Of a stretch of DNA of 64,000 bases, positions 55,999-64,000 are shown piece by piece. The translations under genes and the position numbers were made by a program. The stretch covers positions 2,720,001 through 2,784,000 of the forward strand of contig CAVTBU010000005.1 in NCBI GenBank assembly GCA_963733035.1, in the 5' to 3' direction. This stretch comes from Pirellulales bacterium (GTDB lineage: Bacteria > Planctomycetota > Planctomycetia > Pirellulales > PALSA-1355). How positions within the stretch are numbered: position 1 is the stretch's first letter; each line of letters starts with the position of its first letter. Under the pieces are notes generated by a model. It was not told where the DNA came from and did not search any database. It worked only from the letters and a program-made list of their open reading frames with translations.

Positions 55999-57585
55999 TT
56001 ACAACTCGTCCACGACGATCGTGTCGTCGCTGCCGTGCATGTTGGGTTGGGGTGATTGCTGGCCGGTGATGTAGAGCCGCCAGGCGTCGAGTTGCTCGGG
56101 CGTCATGCTGTTGTCGCGCGAGATCTCATGCTTGAGCTCGGTGTCGGTGCCCGACACATTCACGTGCACGGTCAGCCGGCCGTTTTCCTGATAGGCGAAC
56201 CGTACCTCGATAGGCGTCTGCGCGGGCAAGTCGCGGGGCAGGTCGCGGACCACGCACTTGCCGATTTGCGAGCAGTCGTCGGGGTTCGCGCTTTCGCCTT
56301 CGACGATTTGCACCAGAATCGACTTCTGATTGGCCTTCTGCGTGCGAAAGACCCGCTTGGCTGTGGCCGGCAGTGCGGTGTTCCTCGGGATCAGGATCGC
56401 GTTGCGGCGGCGCATCGTGCGCGGATCGCTGGCTACCACGCCCAAGCTGTGCGAATTCACGTTTCGGACGTTGATCGCCGAGATCTCGCCGCGGCTGCGA
56501 GCCAGCACCACCGAGGCATGCAGCGCCGCGCCGTGCGCCACGGCCTCGTCGACCGACACCGAAGCATCGGGCTCTTTGCCCGACAGATCGCGGAGCATTT
56601 TTGCCACCATCGGCATCCGGGTCGAGCCACCGACCATCAGCACGAAGTCCAAGTCGGACCAGGTGAAGCCGGCCGCCGATAGGGTTTGACGCGTCGTGAA
56701 CCGCGTCCGGTCGAGTAGATCCTGCGTGATCTCCTCGAACTTTTCCCGCGAGATTTCCACCCGCATCGCCAGGCTCTTGTAGTCGCAACTGATCGACACC
56801 TTGTTGCGGGCCGAGAGCGTGCGCTTGGCGTCCTCGCATTCGCGCCACAGGCGGCCGGCCGTGTTGGGTTCCTCGCGCGGATCGAGGCCGTGCGTCGTCT
56901 TGAATTCCTCGGCCACGTAGTCGACCAACCGCTGGTCCCAGTCCTGCCCGCCGAGCTGCACGTCGCCGTCGGTGGCCAGGGCCACGAACTCATGGCCGAT
57001 GACTTCCATCACCGTCACGTCGAACGTGCCGCCCCCCAAATCGTAGACCAACAATTTGAGCGGCATGTCGGCGGCACCGCTGCGATTGAGAAACCCCTTG
57101 TGAAAGCCGTGCGCAATAGCGGCGGCCGTTGGCTCATTGATGATGTCGAGCACTTCGAAACCGGCCATGTAACCGGCGTCTTGCGTCGCCTTGCGCCGCA
57201 CTTCGTCGAAGTAGGCAGGTACGGTAATCACCACCTTGCGAAAATCGCCCAAGTGGCGGCTAGCATCGCAACGAGCCTTGTTCAGCACGATCGCTTCGAG
57301 CGCCTCGGGCGGAAACGTGCGGCCTTCGAGGATCTTGTGAAACGCCCGCTCGCCGAGTTCGCGCTTGGCGCACTGGGCCACGTGATCGGCCTCGGTCGCC
57401 AAGGCCTTGAGCGCTTCCTTGCCGACAATCGCCTGGCTGGATTCGAACAGCACGACGCTGGGCGTTACCAAGTCGCCCTCGGCGTTGACTAGCGTCACCG
57501 GCCGACCCGTGTCGTCGACATAAGCTACGGCGGTATAGGTCGTCCCCAGGTCGATGCCGACCGCGGGTGTAGGATCGTTACTCAT
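55999..57585 (-). CDS. Hsp70 family protein, short (no full helical lid)
   Basis: VGIDLGTT, VITVPAYF, IINEPTAAA, YDLGGGTFD, LGGQDWD, VGGSTRMP, DEAVAHGAA; 528 aa. Confidence 0.93.
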   Translation of the reverse strand: MSNDPTPAVGIDLGTTYTAVAYVDDTGRPVTLVNAEGDLVTPSVVLFESSQAIVGKEALKALATEADHVAQCAKRELGERAFHKILEGRTFPPEALEAIVLNKARCDASRHLGDFRKVVITVPAYFDEVRRKATQDAGYMAGFEVLDIINEPTAAAIAHGFHKGFLNRSGAADMPLKLLVYDLGGGTFDVTVMEVIGHEFVALATDGDVQLGGQDWDQRLVDYVAEEFKTTHGLDPREEPNTAGRLWRECEDAKRTLSARNKVSISCDYKSLAMRVEISREKFEEITQDLLDRTRFTTRQTLSAAGFTWSDLDFVLMVGGSTRMPMVAKMLRDLSGKEPDASVSVDEAVAHGAALHASVVLARSRGEISAINVRNVNSHSLGVVASDPRTMRRRNAILIPRNTALPATAKRVFRTQKANQKSILVQIVEGESANPDDCSQIGKCVVRDLPRDLPAQTPIEVRFAYQENGRLTVHVNVSGTDTELKHEISRDNSMTPEQLDAWRLYITGQQSPQPNMHGSDDTIVVDEL

Positions 57586-59585
57586 GTCGATCGGATGTGG
57601 GTGTTCGATTCAGCAGTCAACAGACATCGACCAGCCTCGGTGGCAGTGGATGGGATGGCGCCGCGGGCCAGACCGGGCGTCTCGGGCGGTTCGGCCGGCG
57701 CGGAACTCCCTGACGGCGCATCACGCAGGCCGGGCAGGCGGAGGTGCCACCAGTTATAGCTGGGGTCGATTCTCATCAGTATATAGTAACCTATCGCGGT
57801 ACCGACGAGGGCCGAGACCAGATATCCGCCGATCATGATGGCCAGTTTTCGCGGCGTCATTTGTCTGCGCCGCGCGCGAACTACCGCCGCGTTCGGATCG
57901 GTTTGCAGCTCAAAACCCGGCTGCGCGGACGCCTGTTTCGGCAGCGCGGGCGGGCGGGGGGGAGACTGTGCGGGAGTGGCCGCGGCGTCGGCGGCAGCCG
58001 TCGATTCCCGCAATTGCTGGTGCTTCGGAAGCAGGGCGTGAATGGCCTTTAGTCCGCCGCCTCGGGCCAGCAAGTTCTTCCAGTCCGTTATTTCGCTCTC
58101 GCTCAAGCCGTTTTCGCGACGCAAGGCGATCGGCAGCGCTTGGCCGGAGCGCGGAAGCTGGGCCTTCACTTGCAAACGACCTTCCGCCGTGAATTGATAC
58201 TGCACGTTGATTTGCGTGCCGGCCGGCAAGCCGTGCGGCAGGTCGCGAATCGTCAATTGGGCGATCCGGGCACACGCGTCGGCCGCGCGGCTGTCTCCTT
58301 CGAGCAGCCGTACCACGATTGCCGGTTGGTCTTCGACGTCGGTGGTGGCCTTGGCCACCGTGCCGCAGGGAAGCTCGCTGCCGCGCGAAATCAGCACCAC
58401 GTTTTCCAGACGTCCGCTCTGCGGATCGCTCCACTCGAGTCCCAGGTTGTGGATCGTCATGTCCGTGATGCTCAGCCGCATGCTCGCCGGGCGCCCTTCG
58501 CGTGCGGCCAGCAGGCATTCCGCGTACAGGCCCGCGCCTCGTCCCACGGCTTCGTCCGCATGCAGTCCAGGTGCCGGGTCGAGGTTTGTGAGCTCCTTGA
58601 GCCGCGCGGCCACCGCGGGCATACGCGTCGCCCCACCGACCAGCAGCAGATTCGCCAGATCGCGCCAGGCCATGCCGGCCTGTGCCAGCACGGCTTCAGT
58701 CAACTGGATGGCCTGATCCAGCAGATCGGTTGTCAGGTCTTCGAACGCTTGTCGCGTAACGATAATTGCCGCTGAATCCGTGCCGCGAGTCACTTGCACC
58801 CGAGCTTGTTGTCGTGCCGACAGCGACTGCTTGGCTTCTTCGGCGCTTTCGAGCAATCGCCGCACGCTACTCATATCGTGCCGCGGGTCGTCCCCAAATT
58901 GTTTGGCAAACTGCTCGGCCAGATACTCGGCTAACCGCAGGTCCCAGTCGCGTCCACCCAATTGAGCGTTGCCGGCGATGGCCATCGTTCGCAAGCGGCC
59001 GGGCTTGATTTCGACGATCGCAACGTCGATTTTGCCGCCCCCCAAGTCGAACACCAGCACGCGCTGTCCCGGCTTGTCGGCCGCGGTCTCGTTCAGGTAC
59101 CCCTGGCCCTCGGCAAAGGTGAGCGCGGCGGCCAATGGATCGTTGATTGTGCCGACGACTTCCATGCCCGCGATCTTGGCCGCGTCGAGGCGGGCGCGGC
59201 GTTGAGCCTGGTTGAAGCCGGCCGGCATCGAGAGCACAACGGCCGGATTGGCGAGCCCTTCGCCGGCCAGGTCGGCCAGCAGTTTTTTCATCAGGCAGGC
59301 CTCGATCACCTCGGCCGGCAGCAGCTCGCCGCCAACCGCGCGGGAGTAAGGTCCCTGACCCAGGTCCCGCTTATAGAACTCCGCCGCCCGGTTGGGTTGC
59401 GTGGAGGCGGCCAGCTTGGCGGCTCGGCCGTGCAGCCATTCGTCGTCCTCGAAGTACACGACGCTCGGTACCAGCAGGTCGCCCTGCGCATCGCGTAGCA
59501 GCGCGCTCCGTCCATGCTCGTCGATGCGGCTGACGGCGGCGCGTGTGGTTCCAAGATCGATTCCTACGGCGCGGCTATTCGGCAT
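57582..59585 (-). CDS. Divergent Hsp70 family protein with C-terminal TM helix
   Basis: VGIDLGTT, TINDPLAAA, FDLGGGKID, VGGATRMP; Pro/Ala linker followed by RKLAIMIGGYLVSALVGTAIGYYIL. Confidence 0.9.
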   Translation of the reverse strand: MPNSRAVGIDLGTTRAAVSRIDEHGRSALLRDAQGDLLVPSVVYFEDDEWLHGRAAKLAASTQPNRAAEFYKRDLGQGPYSRAVGGELLPAEVIEACLMKKLLADLAGEGLANPAVVLSMPAGFNQAQRRARLDAAKIAGMEVVGTINDPLAAALTFAEGQGYLNETAADKPGQRVLVFDLGGGKIDVAIVEIKPGRLRTMAIAGNAQLGGRDWDLRLAEYLAEQFAKQFGDDPRHDMSSVRRLLESAEEAKQSLSARQQARVQVTRGTDSAAIIVTRQAFEDLTTDLLDQAIQLTEAVLAQAGMAWRDLANLLLVGGATRMPAVAARLKELTNLDPAPGLHADEAVGRGAGLYAECLLAAREGRPASMRLSITDMTIHNLGLEWSDPQSGRLENVVLISRGSELPCGTVAKATTDVEDQPAIVVRLLEGDSRAADACARIAQLTIRDLPHGLPAGTQINVQYQFTAEGRLQVKAQLPRSGQALPIALRRENGLSESEITDWKNLLARGGGLKAIHALLPKHQQLRESTAAADAAATPAQSPPRPPALPKQASAQPGFELQTDPNAAVVRARRRQMTPRKLAIMIGGYLVSALVGTAIGYYILMRIDPSYNWWHLRLPGLRDAPSGSSAPAEPPETPGLARGAIPSTATEAGRCLLTAESNTHIRST

Positions 59586-59825
59586 CGATGAGGTCGGCTT
59601 ACCACCTAGACAATCGTGGACCTGCGCGAGCGACCGCGCGCCAACAAGCCAGTACGGCGAGACGAGCGCGGGCGACCGGCGATACAAGACGCGTGTTCCG
59701 GCCGCCACAGCGCTCCTGGACGCGGCACGGCAACTGAAACCTTGACTTTACCCGCCTGGGCGGGGGCAAGCAACCAACCTCGGCCCAAGGCACATTCCTC
59801 CGCAAACTACGCAGCCCGAAAAGCC

Positions 59826-61052
59826 TTACTGGCCGTCAAACCAGCCAAGAACGCGGGCTTGCTGCTCTTCGAAGGGGAATGGGAGATAAGTGGTCAGCGA
59901 GCGCATCTGCGCCGTCAAGACGCCGCCGGCCGTGGGCTTGTCGTGTTCCAGGCGCTGAACTTGTTTTTCGAGCGCCTCGGCCCGTTTGGCGGCCCGCTCG
60001 ATCGCCGCCTGGCTCTCGACGACGCTTTGGCCGCTTTGCGCTCCTTGCACTGATATCTGTTGGGCCTGGGTTTGCAATCCCAGGAGTCGCCGATCCATGT
60101 CGAAGGCTTGCTTGTTGAGCCCGGCCAGGGTGAAGGCGAGGTTGTTCAAGTTCGCCCTTGTGACCACGTTGGACGTCTGCGTGCGAGAGTTCTGGTTCGG
60201 TTGCTGCAGCGCCATTATTTGTGACTGCACGAACGCGATCTGGGCGGAGACGCGCATCCGATCCGTGCGCAGCGAGGCCAGTTGTCCTCGAATGACCGTC
60301 AGTTGTCGTTCTGCATCCCGATACGTTTCGGTTGCGCTCTGTATCGACTGGCGATTGTCAGCGATTCGAGTTCGGTTGTCCTCGAGTGCATCAACCGTCA
60401 GGTCCTGCTGCTCGTCGTGCTTGGCGGCGGCAAGATCGGCTTTGGTTTGCTGCTGCGTTTTCAATTCGCCCAGTCGATCGATGACCAACTGACGGCCCTC
60501 ATCGTACGGTTCCAGATAAGAGGCTCCAATGGCCGCCAGCACCTGATTCTTCCGCGCGGACTTCGTTTTGGCATCGCCGCCGACTTCGGTTTTCACGAGG
60601 TCGAAATAGCCAAATACGGTTCCCAGGAACCGCGCCGCTTCCTGCCATTCCCCTTGCCCCGGCTGCCCTTTTGGAAAAAGCTCCGACAGCTGCACGCACT
60701 CGTCGAGCGCCGAACCGTAGCGGCGGATTTGAAGCTGGGCCCAAATAGACGCCTTTCTCGCCGACAGATCCTCGGGCTGGCGGTCCAGTTGGTGTTTGAT
60801 CAGCGGCAGTGCGGTTGCGTAGTGATGCTGCTCTAGCAACGCCAGCGCATAGGCATAGTCAATCCGCGAATCCTTCGGCGCGGCTTGCTTCAGCCGGTGG
60901 TATTCGGCCCGCACGGCGTTCACGTCCGACGGGGCGCTGTGCTTGGCCTTGGCAAAGAGGTTCGCTACCGCGTCGCGCAGCGTTTCCGCGGCCGCCGGAG
61001 CGGCAACGAGCACGAGGGCGATGAAGACCAAACTACCGATCCGACGATTCAT
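59826..61052 (-). CDS. Secreted TPR-like/coiled-coil protein
   Basis: Signal MNRRIGSLVFIALVLVAAPAAA; TPR-like YAYALALLEQHHYATAL; long Q/L-rich heptad region. Confidence 0.8.
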   Translation of the reverse strand: MNRRIGSLVFIALVLVAAPAAAETLRDAVANLFAKAKHSAPSDVNAVRAEYHRLKQAAPKDSRIDYAYALALLEQHHYATALPLIKHQLDRQPEDLSARKASIWAQLQIRRYGSALDECVQLSELFPKGQPGQGEWQEAARFLGTVFGYFDLVKTEVGGDAKTKSARKNQVLAAIGASYLEPYDEGRQLVIDRLGELKTQQQTKADLAAAKHDEQQDLTVDALEDNRTRIADNRQSIQSATETYRDAERQLTVIRGQLASLRTDRMRVSAQIAFVQSQIMALQQPNQNSRTQTSNVVTRANLNNLAFTLAGLNKQAFDMDRRLLGLQTQAQQISVQGAQSGQSVVESQAAIERAAKRAEALEKQVQRLEHDKPTAGGVLTAQMRSLTTYLPFPFEEQQARVLGWFDGQ

Positions 61053-62884
61053 GTCCAACGACCGTGGCCGCCAGGCCCGGCACCAATACCGCAATGTCTT
61101 CGAGTGGCGAATCATCGTGCACCAGAAGGCACTGCTTCCCAACGAAAAACGTGGCGAAATCACTCACCAACAGGTTATACACTTCTTGAGAAGGTTCGAT
61201 TTCAATCGCATCGACGGTGAAGTCCTGGTCCAGACCGCGAATCCTTGCACCAACTTCCAGGTGGCCGGCCAATTGCCAGCCGTGGCCGACAACCCAGAAC
61301 GGGTGACCGTGAGTTGCCCGAATCGTTTCCGAGCCGCATTGCAGTTTGATGATCTTGATCTCGCATCGCAAAGTTTGGTTCTGAACGACTTTGTAGGCCA
61401 ACTCGCCGGTCACCGGATTTTGCGATAGCACGCGGTCGCCGGCCTGAATGCTCTCGATCGGCCGCTCACCAAGCCAGGTCATGACCGGCGTCCCAGCGGC
61501 GAAACATTCGTGGTGAGTGAATATATAACGAGGAGCAGGTTGACTGGGGGCGACGGGTCCGGTGGGTGCGCTGGGAGCGGCGGGTGCACTGGGAAGCGAG
61601 ACATATCCCGCTTGTTCTGAGACGTTGAACTTCTGCACGACGCCCGACGGTTCCGGCGCTTCACGACCATAGTATTCGTCGTATTGTTTTTCCCACAGCA
61701 GGGGGTCGTCCGGACTTTCAAAGCCGGTGGTCGAATGCAATACGAACTCCAAACGCTCACGCAATTTCCGGTTGGCCGATTCCGTCGCCGCTACGCGTCG
61801 TTCAATAGTGGCTGCTTTGCGAACCTCGTTGCCCACTGCCCAGGGAATTACACGCTGCGCCATGCCAGCGTCCGCATACACAGTCGACTCGTAGCTAAAA
61901 ACCTGAGTCCCTTGTTTCCCGCGAAATTCGACCTCATGCTCGTGGATCACGGTACCGTTTGCCAGCGGCAACACAGAGAACCGGGTCTTTACCGAATTGG
62001 GCATTGCCTCGATCAATTGGGGCACGTAGGCGTGCATCGGGCGCCGCTTCAGCGCCTCGCAAGCCGCCGCTCGCACGGTCTGGGAGTCCGCCCAGACTGC
62101 CCGGCGGAGCAAGACCTGCGTCGCCTCGGCTTCTGGCATCCGGCTGGCAACGTCGATCAATGCCATGTTCCGTCGATTCGATCTTTCTCCCGCGGCGTTT
62201 GACGCGAATGCAAGTTCAAGTGCACTGAGCGCGCCGGGATCGGAGAGCGCATGGAGATCGTCAAGAGCCGCCGCTGTCTTCTTGGGGTTACCACTATCGA
62301 TCGCCGCGCGCCATTTCGTGATTTTCGGATGCCACCCGCGGAGCTCCTGCAGTCGTCTGGCGGCCGCTTGCTTCTCATCGTCGATTTGCGCGTGTCATCA
62401 AGCGGCCTTCATGCCACTTCAGGCCAAGAGCGTCGATCGCTTCGCGGTCCGTGGGTTCGAACTCGAGTACCTTGGTCCAGTGCAACCGTGCCTCTGAGGG
62501 CAATAGGTTCTTGTGGCACCACCGGGCGAGCTCGCGATGGTTGGCGGCCGTATCGACCAGGGCATCGCGTCGTTCTCGATAGGCCACGAGCGTCTTGTCG
62601 TCCGCGGCTTGTTGCGGCACGTCTTGCGGCTTCAACCACTGGTCGCCGACCTGCACGTAGCCCAACTGCCAGCGGGCCGGCGAGAAACTCGGATCCAGCG
62701 CGATCGCCTGTTGCAGCAACGCGGCCCGAGCTTCGCCGCTGCTCCCCGAAAGCTCGGCTTGCAGGGCCTGATCCACGAGCCGCCGCGCGGGAGATGTCTC
62801 GGCCGCATGCGAGCCGCGACCGAAGAACGTCACTGTGAAGACAAAGCAACTCGCCAGGACCGCCGCGCGCAGTGTGAATCGCAT
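61033..62884 (-). CDS. Secreted TPR/HEAT-like protein with C-terminal HINT (bacterial intein-like) domain, frameshifted at ~62386-62391
   Basis: Signal peptide, TPR-like repeats, Pro-rich linker, then ECFAAGTPV...ATHGHPFWV...VYNLLV...LLVHDD. A single 2-nt correction joins ORFs 62375-62884 and 61033-62166. Confidence 0.88.
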
Positions 62885-63053
62885 GACCCGAACCTCCGTT
62901 CCAGAGAGAGAGCCGCTGTCGCCGACGCGTGTAGTAATCCTACGCCCGCATTCTCCCCCTTTTGGTATGTAATGTCAACAGAATATACGCGGCGCCGGTT
63001 GGCCCGGTTCGCTTCGCCGCGCAGGATAGCGCGATGCGCGCGGTGAGCTTACG

Positions 63054-63097
63054 AAAAAGAAAGAGACCGCCCGAATCGTTTTCGGGCGGTCTCGTTT
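63054..63097 (-). terminator. Rho-independent terminator
   Basis: 13-bp stem GAGACCGCCCGAA/TTCGGGCGGTCTC with a U-rich tail on minus. Confidence 0.85.
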
Positions 63098-63124
63098 GGA
63101 GATTGCAATTTGAAAGTTAGCCGA

Positions 63125-64000
63125 TCAGTTGGTCGTCTCGGCTGTCTTGGTCTGGCTGACAGTCTTATCCGCGTCCTTCTTCTTGGTGCCGGCCAGTTCC
63201 TTCGACAGATCCTGTTTCGGATCGACCGACGTGTAGAAGCCGAACATCATCTCCTCCCAGGTCTGGTCGCCGTAGGTGACCTCCTGGTTCGGATCGGGGT
63301 TGGCCAGGTTGTCGGCCGAGTTGTCGAAATGGGCCGTGCACACCAGACGGCTGCCCTTGGGCATCAACTTCGGCTCCTTGAGCATGTACCGCAATTGCCA
63401 GTTGAAGTCGTAGTGCGGCACGTCGAGCAGCACTTCGCTGGTGCCGTCGGGGTACTGAGCCACGTACTTGAAGTCCTTGCCCCGCACGTGCATGTGCGGC
63501 GTGAGGTTGATCAGCAGCGTGTCTTTGAAGAACAGGTGCTTGGCGACGATTTCGTAGTTCGGGTCGTTTGGCGGAATCCGGAAGGTGGCATTGCCCACAA
63601 CCCCGCCGCGGATCTGTTTCTTCACGGTCTCGCGGTCGGCGAACTTCACCCCAACCATGCTGCGGTCGTTTTGGGCCACACCGTTGGTCGTGTAGTGCAT
63701 TTGGAACACCAGCTTCGAACCGGCCGGCACGTGAAGGGCCGTCCCTGGCGGGCAAACGTTCGGTGTCATGCCGGGAGCATAACCGCCGATGCCGCCGCGG
63801 GCCGCAAAGTCGCCGCCACCCGGAGCCTGCACGAAGACGATAATGTGATGCACCACGCTGCGATTGCCGGGTCGGCTTTCCGTGGCTTGAATCCATTTGT
63901 CTTCCGTCCAGCCCGGATCGACCGAGAAGTACTGATAATCGACCGTCCCTTCGGCCGGCACGTCGTACGGCTTGTCGGCCATGTAGATCACCTGGTCCGG
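63125..64000 (-). CDS. Copper type II ascorbate-dependent monooxygenase-like domain protein (5' end outside the window)
   Basis: VVHHII, FQMHY, PHMHVRG, YDFNWQ, AHFDNS, EEMM (Cu-ligand pattern HH/H and HxH/M). Confidence 0.82.
   Translation of the reverse strand, partial: PDQVIYMADKPYDVPAEGTVDYQYFSVDPGWTEDKWIQATESRPGNRSVVHHIIVFVQAPGGGDFAARGGIGGYAPGMTPNVCPPGTALHVPAGSKLVFQMHYTTNGVAQNDRSMVGVKFADRETVKKQIRGGVVGNATFRIPPNDPNYEIVAKHLFFKDTLLINLTPHMHVRGKDFKYVAQYPDGTSEVLLDVPHYDFNWQLRYMLKEPKLMPKGSRLVCTAHFDNSADNLANPDPNQEVTYGDQTWEEMMFGFYTSVDPKQDLSKELAGTKKKDADKTVSQTKTAETTN

Noticed and set aside
62157..62378. Separate 73-aa ORF or second frameshift in the HINT gene
   Set aside because: After the break at ~62388, a different frame (IDDEKQAAARRLQEL...) runs uninterrupted into the 61033-62166 ORF.
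61033..62884. Polymorphic toxin with a downstream immunity gene
   Set aside because: Only ~25 aa follow the HINT domain, and the next gene is a 408-aa secreted TPR/coiled-coil protein rather than a typical immunity gene.

Overview
GC-rich bacterial chromosomal segment, most likely from a Planctomycete (Pirellulales-like). The call rests on a Planc_extracel-type N-terminal motif, PVC-type heme-binding proteins, tandem insertion-bearing signal peptidases, a short DnaA next to dnaN, and a PEP-CTERM protein. Housekeeping content: ROK kinase-lepA-3x lepB-lptB, dnaA-(oriC candidate)-dnaN-dciA-gyrB, a stand-alone fusA and sdhCAB. Accessory content: an orphan DNA methyltransferase with a degenerate GIY-YIG-like tail, a decayed island (Rhs remnant, FGE-domain gene, IS256 remnant, LRR-like pseudogene) and a ~2,240-aa surface protein. 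The best novelty candidates are: (1) a cluster encoding a secreted HINT-domain protein ending His-Asp with no toxin tail, a secreted TPR/coiled-coil protein and two lid-less Hsp70s, one membrane-anchored with altered catalytic residues; (2) a multi-hairpin, C-rich-loop RNA candidate upstream of dnaA; (3) a 45-aa basic Zn-ribbon ORF resembling archaeal/eukaryotic eL40. Seven genes, including dnaN and sdhA, are frameshifted at or beside GCGC, most likely from a motif-linked sequencing error. All family assignments come from motif recognition by eye; no database searches were run.
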